A program made the position numbers and the translations under genes. From Aeropyrum pernix K1 (GTDB lineage Archaea; Thermoproteota; Thermoprotei_A; Sulfolobales; Acidilobaceae): a DNA stretch of 32,000 nucleotides. Positions 15,637 to 23,864 of the stretch are shown piece by piece. The first letter of the stretch is position 1; each line of letters starts with the position of its first letter. The stretch is taken from assembly GCF_000011125.1 (NCBI RefSeq), contig NC_000854.2, forward strand, positions 510,001 through 542,000. The letters run 5' to 3'. Under the pieces are notes generated by a model. That model ran no database searches. It was not told the DNA's origin and saw only the letters and a list, made by a program, of their open reading frames with translations.

Positions 15637-18093
15637 GTGATGTGTATGGTGTCTAGGCTTAGGGGCTTCTTAGCCTGGGTATATAGGTGGATTACCACGA
15701 CTGATCACAAGGATATAGGGCTTCTCTATCTTGTGACCAGCATAGCCTTCCTACTGATAGCAGGCAGTCTAGCACTCTTGTTCAGGGTTCAGCTTGCCAT
15801 ACCGAAGTCTAACTTCCTAACGGGGGATGCCTATTATGAGGCAGTGACGGTCCACGGGTTGATAATGCTTCTCTGGTTCGCATCGCCGTTCGCCTTCGGC
15901 CTTGCAAACTATATAGTGCCGCTGCAAATCGGAGCTAGGGATCTAGCGTTCCCAAGGCTTAATGCCCTAAGCTACTGGCTCTACCTGCTCAGCGGTCTCG
16001 TGCTTCTCGCCAGCTTCTTCACCGAGTCGGGAGCGCCCAATGTTGGATGGACGCTCTACGCCCCTCTAACAGCCAGGATATACACGCCGGGAATAGGGTT
16101 GGATCTCGCCGCCCTTGCTATTTTCCTCTTTTCACTCAGCGTCACTCTGGGTACGATAAACTTCCTAGTGACTATAGCCGCTATGAGGGCGCCAGGCATT
16201 GGATGGTTTAAGATGCCGATGTTCACGTGGTCAATACTTTTCACGGTCATACTGATGCTCTGGGCCTTCCCACCCCTTATGGTGGGCGGGGCTCTGCTCC
16301 TGCTGGACAGGAACCTAGGCACCGAGTTCTTCCTGAACCCTGCCGGCGGCGCCCTGCTGTGGGATCACCTATTCTGGTTCTTCGGCCACCCTGAGGTTTA
16401 CATACTCCTGTTCCCAGCTCTAGGAGCCATGGCCGACGTTATATCCACTTTCAGCGGAAAGCCGATCTATGCCAAGAGGTACATTCTCACTGCATTCCTC
16501 ATAGCCACAATAATCAGCTTCGTCGTGTGGATGCACCACATGTTCATAACAGGAACGAACATCTACACTAGGCTCTTCTACAGCATAACCACTATATTGA
16601 TATCGATACCCTTCGAAATGGCTGTAATGTCGTTCATATTCACGCTATACAAGGGGAGGCTTGTATACACCGTCCCGATGCTCTTCGCTGTTGGCGCTCT
16701 TCTGAACTTCATTATAGGCGGCTCTACGGGCGTGTACCTCGGATCCATAGCCATAGACAGGGGCTTCAGGGGCACCTACTGGGTTGTAGCACACTTCCAC
16801 TATATACTGGTGGGTACTGTGACTCTAGGATTGATCGCCGGCCTCTACTACTGGTGGCCCAAGATAACCGGGAGGACCTACAGCGAGAGACTAGGTAAAA
16901 TACACTTTGCCCTGGCTATGCTCGGCGTTGCCCTAACCTTCCTCCCCCAGTTTGCACTTATGGATATGCCTAGGAGATACTTCACGTACGACATACCAGA
17001 ATGGGTTCCGCTAAACCAGCTTTCAACCCTAGGCGCGTTCATCTTCGGCGGCTCCATGGCCATCGGCCTGGTAAACTTCCTCTACTCGCTAGTCAAAGGC
17101 GGTTCTGCAGCTCCCAACCCGTGGAACTCTTGGACTCTCGAGTGGTTCACGAACTCACCACCGCCTAAGCACAACTTCGACGGTGTTCCCGTCGTTAGGA
17201 AAGACAACACCGTGGTATTCGTCAGTGAAGAAGCCTTATCGAAGTACGGTAAGGACGCAATAGTAGAGGGCAGGGTAGACGTTTCAAACGTGCCCCTCAG
17301 CGGAGGCCAGTCACACTCTAGCCACGGGCTAACCCACCATGGCACAACCGATCCTCTCGTGCTGGCCGCAGGCTTGACGCTAGCACTATTCGGCCTATTC
17401 GTGAGCAAGCCACTCTCATACCTAGGCGCCATAGTGTTCCTCCTATCCTTGGCTAGATGGCTCTGGAAGGATGTAAAGAACGTATTCGCCGAGGAGCTGC
17501 CAGGCTATGTCGAGCACTGGCCTTTCCCCAAGGATAAGATCAGGAGCGCCATGTGGGTGTTTATAGCCAGCGAGGTTGCCACGTTCGGCAGCATATTCAG
17601 TGCATACTTCTTCATCAGGTTCAACCCGGTAGGAAAGTTCCTGACCGAGGCGTGGCCTCCAGGATATCTCGTGCACGATGTCAACGTCGGCCTCATAAAC
17701 ACTATAATACTGTTCACTGGGACGATGCTCTTCACCCTAGCATACCTTGGTGTGAAGAGGGACAACTACCTCATAACCCTCTCAGGCCTGCTAGGCACAC
17801 TCTTCATGGCAATCTACTTCCTGACAGTGAAGTACTTCGAGTGGAAAGAACTCTTGATCGCCGGCCTCGGTCTCGATGCGGGCATGTATATGCAGGCTTA
17901 CTATGTGACCACGGGAGCACACGCGCTACACGTCATACTGGGAGTACTAGCCACAACATATCTGCTCGTCAAGCTCTTCAACGGCAACCTCAGGGGCAGG
18001 CAAGCACTCTCCGAGGTTCTGGCTGTAGGCATCTACTGGGGTATAGTGGAGATAGTCTGGACACTAGTGTTCCCGCTCTACTATCTGGTCTAG
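15637..18093 (+). CDS. aoxB: haem-copper oxidase subunit I fused to subunit III
   Basis: 818 aa. The subunit I signatures are WFFGHPEVYILLFPALG (CuB His plus cross-link Tyr), WMHHMF (CuB His-His) and VVAHFHYIL (haem ligands). A His/Gly/Ser linker follows (SGGQSHSSHGLTHHGTTD). The C-terminal COX3-like domain carries WVFIASEVATFGSIFSAYF and TTGAHALHVILGV. Confidence 0.92.
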   Translation: MMCMVSRLRGFLAWVYRWITTTDHKDIGLLYLVTSIAFLLIAGSLALLFRVQLAIPKSNFLTGDAYYEAVTVHGLIMLLWFASPFAFGLANYIVPLQIGARDLAFPRLNALSYWLYLLSGLVLLASFFTESGAPNVGWTLYAPLTARIYTPGIGLDLAALAIFLFSLSVTLGTINFLVTIAAMRAPGIGWFKMPMFTWSILFTVILMLWAFPPLMVGGALLLLDRNLGTEFFLNPAGGALLWDHLFWFFGHPEVYILLFPALGAMADVISTFSGKPIYAKRYILTAFLIATIISFVVWMHHMFITGTNIYTRLFYSITTILISIPFEMAVMSFIFTLYKGRLVYTVPMLFAVGALLNFIIGGSTGVYLGSIAIDRGFRGTYWVVAHFHYILVGTVTLGLIAGLYYWWPKITGRTYSERLGKIHFALAMLGVALTFLPQFALMDMPRRYFTYDIPEWVPLNQLSTLGAFIFGGSMAIGLVNFLYSLVKGGSAAPNPWNSWTLEWFTNSPPPKHNFDGVPVVRKDNTVVFVSEEALSKYGKDAIVEGRVDVSNVPLSGGQSHSSHGLTHHGTTDPLVLAAGLTLALFGLFVSKPLSYLGAIVFLLSLARWLWKDVKNVFAEELPGYVEHWPFPKDKIRSAMWVFIASEVATFGSIFSAYFFIRFNPVGKFLTEAWPPGYLVHDVNVGLINTIILFTGTMLFTLAYLGVKRDNYLITLSGLLGTLFMAIYFLTVKYFEWKELLIAGLGLDAGMYMQAYYVTTGAHALHVILGVLATTYLLVKLFNGNLRGRQALSEVLAVGIYWGIVEIVWTLVFPLYYLV

Positions 18094-18107
18094 AGGGTGA
18101 GGGTGAA

Positions 18108-18419
18108 GTGGCATCGGGAGGAGGATTTGAGGACCTCGCGAGGGAGGCTGCTAAATACTTCGGCGTCTGGATCGTGCTGGTTGCTAGCGCCGTCGCAGAA
18201 GTCTATCTAGTGCTGGAAGGTATAGCCAGGAATCCCTTCGTCTTCGTACTGGCTGTGGCCCTCTTCCAGTCGTCGCTAATAGCCCTGTTCTTCCAGCATC
18301 TAAGAGACGAGCCCATAATAATCAGGGGGATAACAGTATCCGGCGCTGTGCTAATAGCAATACTAATCATATCAGCTGTGACGAGCGTCCTGACGTGCAC
18401 GCCATACTTCCCAGGCTAG
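18108..18419 (+). CDS. small hydrophobic oxidase subunit (prokaryotic COX-IV-like), 3 predicted TM helices
   Basis: This is the distal third of track ORF 17553..18419. The GTG at 18108 is preceded by GAGGGTGAGGGTGAA (Shine-Dalgarno-like) and lies 15 nt after the aoxB stop. The sequence is MASGGGFEDLAREAAKYFGVWIVLVASAVAEVYLVL...ALFFQHLRDEP...AVLIAILIISAVTSVL. The upstream 185 codons of the track ORF lie inside aoxB and are discarded. Confidence 0.6.
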   Translation: MASGGGFEDLAREAAKYFGVWIVLVASAVAEVYLVLEGIARNPFVFVLAVALFQSSLIALFFQHLRDEPIIIRGITVSGAVLIAILIISAVTSVLTCTPYFPG

Positions 18420-18440
18420 CACCTGGGGGTGTGGGTGTAA

Positions 18441-18551
18441 ATGGTTTCCAGGTACGCGTTGGGGGCTATAATAGCTGGCATGCTGCTAACTGGCGCCGTG
18501 ATACTGCTCATCATAGCACGGCTTTTCCAACTAATACCTCCAATATTTTAG
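18441..18551 (+). CDS. 36-aa single-pass membrane micro-ORF (candidate extra small oxidase subunit)
   Basis: Translated by hand, since it falls below the ORF-track size cut-off: ATG 18441 ... TAG 18549-18551 gives MVSRYALGAIIAGMLLTGAVILLIIARLFQLIPPIF. It lies 21 nt after the preceding stop and is preceded by G-rich GGGGGTGTGGGTG. T-runs follow (18546-18549, 18558-18561). Confidence 0.35.
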   Translation: MVSRYALGAIIAGMLLTGAVILLIIARLFQLIPPIF

Positions 18552-18663
18552 ACTCGGTTTTCAAACGATTTTCTTCAATCCAATAATCATTGTTAAGTGA
18601 AGAGGATTGTATGTACCATCCGATAAGGAGTGTGTCTCTATGAATGGATTGCATGGAGTGTAG

Positions 18664-19365
18664 GTGAAACCATTGGGGTCAGGAGAGCTGAACTCTATTC
18701 TGGAGGCCATAGGCCCTTTCAAATGGGCTGTGCTCGTATCGCTACTAGTAGTGGTTTCCGGCTTATCCATAGGCTTATATACAGCAGTAACTGGGCTGTA
18801 TCCTAAGGCTGACGTGGCGGGGGGCGAATACGCTACTGTCTATAGCGTCGGCCAACGCCTGTTTCCCGTCACTATACCCAGCACCCAAGGCACGGTCTCG
18901 GTTCCCATAGAAGGCAAAGTAAACATAATAGTGCCACAGTATGTGAGGTGCCCAGACATATGTCATTACGAGACTCTCATAATGAAATCTCTAATGATAA
19001 AGCTGTTCCAGGAAAACTCTCTCGATGACGTTGTTTTTGTGACTGTAGAGGTTGACCCGTGGAGAGGGTCCTTGGAGGAGGCTGACATGTACATCAAGGA
19101 GTCCACAGCATCGCTAGGCTTCACACCTCCCTGGATATGGGTTGGAGGCAACATGGAGCCGCTTGAGACTCTGTATAAACAGCTCGGGCTGAGCGTCCAG
19201 CTTGACAGTAGCACGGGCCTCATAGTTCATACGGCCGGATTCTACATAGTCGATAGAAACGGCATCCTGCTCTACTATGTAAAGGTAGAAGATGAGGGTT
19301 GGAAGAACCCGGGTAAGGTGGCCGATGTACTTGAATACGTGGTTAATGATGCTCTATCGAAGTAG
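18664..19365 (+). CDS. SCO1/SenC-family copper chaperone (thioredoxin fold, membrane-anchored)
   Basis: GTG start with an N-terminal TM anchor (WAVLVSLLVVVSGLSIGLY). The motifs are CPDIC (CxxxC), VEVDPWRGS (compare DPxRD) and HTAGFYIVDRNG (the conserved His). The gene lies immediately downstream of the oxidase genes. Confidence 0.8.
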   Translation: MKPLGSGELNSILEAIGPFKWAVLVSLLVVVSGLSIGLYTAVTGLYPKADVAGGEYATVYSVGQRLFPVTIPSTQGTVSVPIEGKVNIIVPQYVRCPDICHYETLIMKSLMIKLFQENSLDDVVFVTVEVDPWRGSLEEADMYIKESTASLGFTPPWIWVGGNMEPLETLYKQLGLSVQLDSSTGLIVHTAGFYIVDRNGILLYYVKVEDEGWKNPGKVADVLEYVVNDALSK

Positions 19366-19921
19366 CGTGCATTGGGAGGCGAAGGGCAGAAACAAGAAGG
19401 AACACATGATCCGTATGCAAGCTCAAGGGGCCTACTGAAACCCTCAAAAAACCTCCAAGGCTGCGCTCTAGATGTTTTATCAAGCCGTGAGGAGGGTCTA
19501 GGTGGGATCCTGCTATAAAAGTGGGGCTGCTGCTGCACATCTCACCCCAATGTGACGATATGTCTCCACCTTTTTCGGCCAGTAGTATGCGAGGTTTAAA
19601 CCTCCTCAAGAGCGATGCTAGAGCTTCAACACCCTCATCATTAACAGTGAAGCAAGAACGCCTACCGCGTAGAGCCCTTGAAGCCTCTATCATGAAGGAA
19701 CGTTCGCTCCTAACAATATCTTTGCATGACAAGGGGGCTATTAGAAGCCTAGGCGGGAGGGGGCCGCCCATGAGAAGTGCAGCTAGCGTTGCATTCGGCT
19801 CCAGTATTGCATTGTAAGCCCTGGCTATGACGTCTAACCTACCACTGGGGCCTGCATACCCCCTAGCAGGTATATTCCCGTCTGTCCGGCCTGTAGGCGA
19901 TATCACTACGTACAAGCTCAT
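19343..19921 (-). CDS. trmY: SPOUT-class tRNA (pseudouridine54-N1)-methyltransferase TrmY-like (COG1901)
   Basis: 192 aa. The pattern is G..GRLDVIARAYNAIL, RSERSFMIEASRAL, PTFIAGSHLDPP and VSVGPLSLHTDHVFLLV, which resembles the TrmY family layout as I remember it. Its 3' end overlaps the convergent Sco gene by 23 nt. Confidence 0.55.
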   Translation of the reverse strand: MSLYVVISPTGRTDGNIPARGYAGPSGRLDVIARAYNAILEPNATLAALLMGGPLPPRLLIAPLSCKDIVRSERSFMIEASRALRGRRSCFTVNDEGVEALASLLRRFKPRILLAEKGGDISSHWGEMCSSSPTFIAGSHLDPPHGLIKHLERSLGGFLRVSVGPLSLHTDHVFLLVSALRLPMHATSIEHH

Positions 19922-20001
19922 AACGCCGTACCATAATTCTATACCTATCTCTGGACACTATCCTTAAAACAACAATATAATGTAGGACAGGTGGTAGGTG
20001 T

Positions 20002-20595
20002 ATGGCTAGTCTGAGGGGGTTGAAAGCCAGTGTTATGGCTCTAATAATACTGGCGTTTCTAGCTGTCCTAGTTATGGTATCGCGCTGGCTGTGGATTAAT
20101 ATTATGGCCCTCGATCCTGGCCCCATTCACCCCGCTCTCGCCGTTGTAGGCGGGTTTATCGTAGGCGTTGGTGTGGCAGAGCTGCTTTACACCTACATTT
20201 ACTTCAGCCCAACCACTATGCTCTCGAACACTATAGATGATATAGTAGAGATAGTAGGGGATATACTTAAGGGTAGGGCTCCCTGGAAGCCTGGGAGTAA
20301 TGTAGAGTGCAGGGAGCATAATATAGTGGCGGATGGCCCGTACAGGTGTGTCCGCCACCCCGTCTACACTGCAGCCCTCACAATGTTCCTCGGCGCATCG
20401 CTCGTTAAACACTACTTCCTGCTGGCTTCCGCACTCATGATTGCAGCGTACACAATCCTAGGTGTTTTCGAGGAGGCCAGGCTTAACGCTAGAACCTGCG
20501 GCAAGTACATGGAAGTTATGAGTGACAAGCCTAGACTCAACCCCCTCAGCCTTCTAAAATGCATGTTAAGAGAGATAGCCGGGGGTACAGGCTAA
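20002..20595 (+). CDS. isoprenylcysteine carboxyl / phospholipid methyltransferase-family membrane protein
   Basis: Multi-TM protein with the family signature DGPYRCVRHPVYTAALTMFLGASL (GPY..RHP.Y). Confidence 0.7.
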   Translation: MASLRGLKASVMALIILAFLAVLVMVSRWLWINIMALDPGPIHPALAVVGGFIVGVGVAELLYTYIYFSPTTMLSNTIDDIVEIVGDILKGRAPWKPGSNVECREHNIVADGPYRCVRHPVYTAALTMFLGASLVKHYFLLASALMIAAYTILGVFEEARLNARTCGKYMEVMSDKPRLNPLSLLKCMLREIAGGTG

Positions 20596-20596
20596 C

Positions 20597-21691
20597 TCAA
20601 CACTCTTCCACAGGCTCCTTAACCACGCTTTCCGAACTCGAAGTAGGACGTGACGCAGCCATCTCAGGGGGTATAGGTTCTTGAGACCCAGTAGCTATAG
20701 ATTCTACCACCAGTCTGGCTAGGACAGGGGCTAGTGTCACACCAACGCCATCCAGCCCGGCCAGTAAGTAGACCCTGCTGCAGCCGGGAAGCATCCCAAG
20801 GACTGGGCGGGCGTCCCTTCCTACTACACACGGGGCAGATACTGGGGTTATCAACTCTGCTTCGCCTAGGCCCTCCAGCCTCTCTATAGACCTGCTAATA
20901 ACAGCGTCCAGAACGTCCCCACTATACCTATACCCGTCTAGGGGGCTAGCTATCTCAACGCAGCATCCATTGCCCAAGACACCGTCTCCAGAGGCGTGTA
21001 TAGATAAGTAGAAGTCTAGTATGTCGTCTACCACGGCAAAGGGGCCCCCGCCCGCTCTGATAATTAGTGCCTCACACCTGTAGACGCGTAGCATGTTGGA
21101 AAGAGCTTGAAGCCCACTTATGAACCCGGTCCATGGGCCCGCTGCTACAATTATTGCGTCAAACTCTCTACTACCCCCCCTCTTGAGGCCTACTGAACCG
21201 CAGCCCACGTACTCCACGCTATCCTCGACAATATCCACATTGGAGGCTGAAGAGGCTAGGCTATAGAACTCTCCAGTGTCTACTATTATGGTATTTATTA
21301 CGTGCAGCTCCTCACCGTAACCAAGATTGACCGTATACCTGCCTAGCCTGATCGATTCTTCCCCGGCCACACTACGCTCGATAATCCCTTTGTCCGACAG
21401 GAGCCTTTCCAATCTCCTGCACGAGCCTCGCTCATGGAGCCATAACAGCCTAGACTCAAGCCCGAGCCCAAGCCTCTTCAACAGCGACAGAGTCTCCAAC
21501 GCTACTGGCGCTAGGGAGATGTCGATTGTCGGGTCTATAATGCCTGCTGACACTCTCGTGGCGGTAAGCGAAGATAGGTCTGCCTCGTAAACCACGACGT
21601 CATAACCATAGTTAGAAGCCCACCAGGCCGCCATTAAGCCCGCGACGCCCCCGCCGACAACAGCTATTCTCCTCGCCATGACAGCAGACAC
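20597..21691 (-). CDS. FAD-dependent oxidoreductase (DAO / glycine-D-amino-acid oxidase-like)
   Basis: The N-terminal Rossmann motif is RIAVVGGGVAGLMAAWWASNYGYDVVVYE. The product is 364 aa. Confidence 0.75.
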   Translation of the reverse strand: MSAVMARRIAVVGGGVAGLMAAWWASNYGYDVVVYEADLSSLTATRVSAGIIDPTIDISLAPVALETLSLLKRLGLGLESRLLWLHERGSCRRLERLLSDKGIIERSVAGEESIRLGRYTVNLGYGEELHVINTIIVDTGEFYSLASSASNVDIVEDSVEYVGCGSVGLKRGGSREFDAIIVAAGPWTGFISGLQALSNMLRVYRCEALIIRAGGGPFAVVDDILDFYLSIHASGDGVLGNGCCVEIASPLDGYRYSGDVLDAVISRSIERLEGLGEAELITPVSAPCVVGRDARPVLGMLPGCSRVYLLAGLDGVGVTLAPVLARLVVESIATGSQEPIPPEMAASRPTSSSESVVKEPVEEC

Positions 21692-21812
21692 CTTAAAGCT
21701 ATTGTGCTACGCTAACTCTCCATGACTCCTCTGGGTGTGGGTAGGTGCTCAACTTAATTTGGGCCTCCCATACTATACCCTTTATTACAGTGTAGCTTTA
21801 GGGTGTGAGTGG

Positions 21813-22616
21813 ATGCTAAAAGCCATTGTAACTAATGATGACGGCGTGCACAGCAGGTCTCTCAGAGCACTGGCCGAGAGCCTAGCATCTAGAGGTTGGG
21901 ATGTGGTTGTCGCCGCGCCGCTGGGCAACTGGAGCGGCTACTCGAAAAGCATAGGCAGGTTTAGGGGGAATAGGGTTTACCGCTTCGAGTCTAGGGGTGT
22001 GAGATTCTTTACAGGTGATATGCCCCCAGCCGCCCTTGTAGGTACAGCTATTGACATCGCTGGCTTCGAGCCGGATATAGTAGTCTCGGGCATAAACTAC
22101 GGACCCAACCTTGGGATATACGACTTTTTCTCCAGCGGCACCATAGGAGGCGCTCTAGAGGCGGCTCTGAGAGGGTTTAAGTCGGTTTCAATAAGCTCCG
22201 CCTGCAGGGAGGAGGAGACTGACTGCCTGCCAGAGGCCCTCAGCATCTCCCTAGCCGTTGTCGAAACGTCTGTAGAAACTCTGAGCAGCAGCGCAGGATT
22301 AATGGTCGTCAACATACCAAGGAGCCCTAGAGGATTTAAGGTGACCAGGCCGTGCAGGAGGGTGCCCAGGTTCTCGGGGGAAATCGGCGAAGAGGGCTCG
22401 CTTCTTGTAGAGAAGTTCGACCACTCCAGGCTGTTCAGCAGCGAGCATGACAGTTGCGACGGCAGACTCTTCTCTATGGGATACATACCAGTATCACTGT
22501 ACAAGATTGACAACGGCTGGATCCACCCCCTCGACCCCAGTAGAGATGGGTACCTGAAGGCAGTCGAGGATATTCTAAACTACAAAATCTTTCCATCGGC
22601 GGGGAAGCAGTTTTAA
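21813..22616 (+). CDS. surE: 5'/3'-nucleotidase SurE
   Basis: The MLKAIVTNDDGVHSRSLRALAE N-terminus carries the SurE hallmark (VTNDDG), and GINYGPNLG is also present. The track ORF opens at 21735, but ATG 21813 matches family N-termini. Confidence 0.85.
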   Translation: MLKAIVTNDDGVHSRSLRALAESLASRGWDVVVAAPLGNWSGYSKSIGRFRGNRVYRFESRGVRFFTGDMPPAALVGTAIDIAGFEPDIVVSGINYGPNLGIYDFFSSGTIGGALEAALRGFKSVSISSACREEETDCLPEALSISLAVVETSVETLSSSAGLMVVNIPRSPRGFKVTRPCRRVPRFSGEIGEEGSLLVEKFDHSRLFSSEHDSCDGRLFSMGYIPVSLYKIDNGWIHPLDPSRDGYLKAVEDILNYKIFPSAGKQF

Positions 22617-23801
22617 GGCGTAACAGCCTGAAGGAGGCCTGTAACCAGGGCTCTTCTCCTTTGACTCTAGGAGCCCGAAACCAAGGTCCTTAGGGGGAGA
22701 GCCTGTAGCTAGAGCGTATGACACCATGTAGGAGGCTATTCTGGCCTCGGCAGTAGCCCCCCGAGACTTTGTGCTCTCCTCGCTGACTAGGATCGCGCTG
22801 GCCCCGCTCTCCGCCGAAGCTAGTGTGAGGACGGGTATAGAGCCCGTGGTATCGGCGTCAATCATCTCATAAACATTGTTGATTCCGACCATAGCAGGGC
22901 ATTCCATGCCGCGTTCACGGGCTATTTTCAGGGCGGCCAGGCTTTCGAAGGGATATGGAAGGGCTCCCGGCCTGCGCAGCACGGGGTCTACTATCGGGTT
23001 AAGGCCCTCTCTAACCCCCCATTTGCAGGACCTCAGTATATCCTCGGCCATCTGGAGCGTGTCATTGCTTCTGTACCTTGGTAGGATTGTTGTAAAGCGG
23101 CTTTCAACATTTGGAGCCTCTCCACCCTCCCACACGCTCATGTACACAACTGGCTTTGGAGATCCGGGGGGGAGGCCTGCCTCTAGGAAGTCGTGGGACG
23201 GGGGGTCGACTCCCGCCTCTATCCCGAGGTCTCTAGCGGCGGCTGCAAAGACGCTTGCGAAAGACTCTGAGTCGCCGCCCGAGGCACCAATAACGACTAC
23301 ATCAGCGCCCTGTGCTGCCCTGTAGGCTGCTTCAAGGATAGCGTCGAAGACGCTGGGAAACCCGTCTACATAGACCTCTGAGAGGACAAATACAGGTGGG
23401 GGGGAGGCTGGAGGGTTGAAGCCGTTTATGCCCGAGGCAACTTCGCCCAGCACATCCTTAACAACCTCCACGAACCTGCCTCCCAGGAGTTTCTCCGCGG
23501 GCAGTACTGGGCTGAGGTCCTGTGGTTCCACTATCCTGAGCACTTTCGGGAGCGGCTTGAGGGAGTATGTCCCCTTGACAACCCTACCGCCGAACTCGAG
23601 GAAGTCTCCCGGCACGCCTCCCGGCGTTATGATAGTCGCCCTTGGAAACCTTTCCAGTATGCTCCTGAGCGAATCCTTTGTGGGTGGCGATCGAACTGTG
23701 GCTACACTGTAGCCGAGGGACTCTATCTCCCGTACGACGCGTGAGACTTCACCGCCTGTTTTCTGGAGTAGGAGAACTATGTCTGCATCAGCCGTCTCCA
23801 A
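22575..23801 (-). CDS. pterin-binding (dihydropteroate synthase-like) domain protein with extra N-terminal domain
   Basis: 408 aa with a TTG start. The C-terminal two thirds show a DHPS-like order of motifs: QGADVVVIGASGG, IVDPVLRRPG, MVGINNVYEMIDADT and SGASAILVSEES. The assignment is by motif resemblance only. The 3' end overlaps surE by 42 nt. Confidence 0.5.
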   Translation of the reverse strand: METADADIVLLLQKTGGEVSRVVREIESLGYSVATVRSPPTKDSLRSILERFPRATIITPGGVPGDFLEFGGRVVKGTYSLKPLPKVLRIVEPQDLSPVLPAEKLLGGRFVEVVKDVLGEVASGINGFNPPASPPPVFVLSEVYVDGFPSVFDAILEAAYRAAQGADVVVIGASGGDSESFASVFAAAARDLGIEAGVDPPSHDFLEAGLPPGSPKPVVYMSVWEGGEAPNVESRFTTILPRYRSNDTLQMAEDILRSCKWGVREGLNPIVDPVLRRPGALPYPFESLAALKIARERGMECPAMVGINNVYEMIDADTTGSIPVLTLASAESGASAILVSEESTKSRGATAEARIASYMVSYALATGSPPKDLGFGLLESKEKSPGYRPPSGCYALKLLPRRWKDFVV

Positions 23802-23864
23802 GCCTCAACCCACTGGCACAAAAGTTGCCTGCTAGAATTTTAATCTGGTTTAAACGTCCATGGG

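Noticed and set aside
17553-18107. The first 185 codons of the 288-aa track ORF 17553..18419.
   Set aside because: This part lies entirely inside the COX3-like domain of aoxB in another frame. It has the Arg/His/Pro/Gly-rich composition typical of off-frame translation of GC-rich coding DNA. Only the part from GTG 18108 onward, after the aoxB stop, looks like a real hydrophobic gene with a Shine-Dalgarno sequence.
18395-18586. The 63-aa track ORF downstream of the oxidase small subunit.
   Set aside because: Its composition (MHAILPRLAPGGVGVNGFQVRVGGYNSWHAANWRRD...) is not protein-like for this context. The alternative frame gives a clean 36-aa TM peptide with better start context, reported above as a low-confidence micro-ORF.
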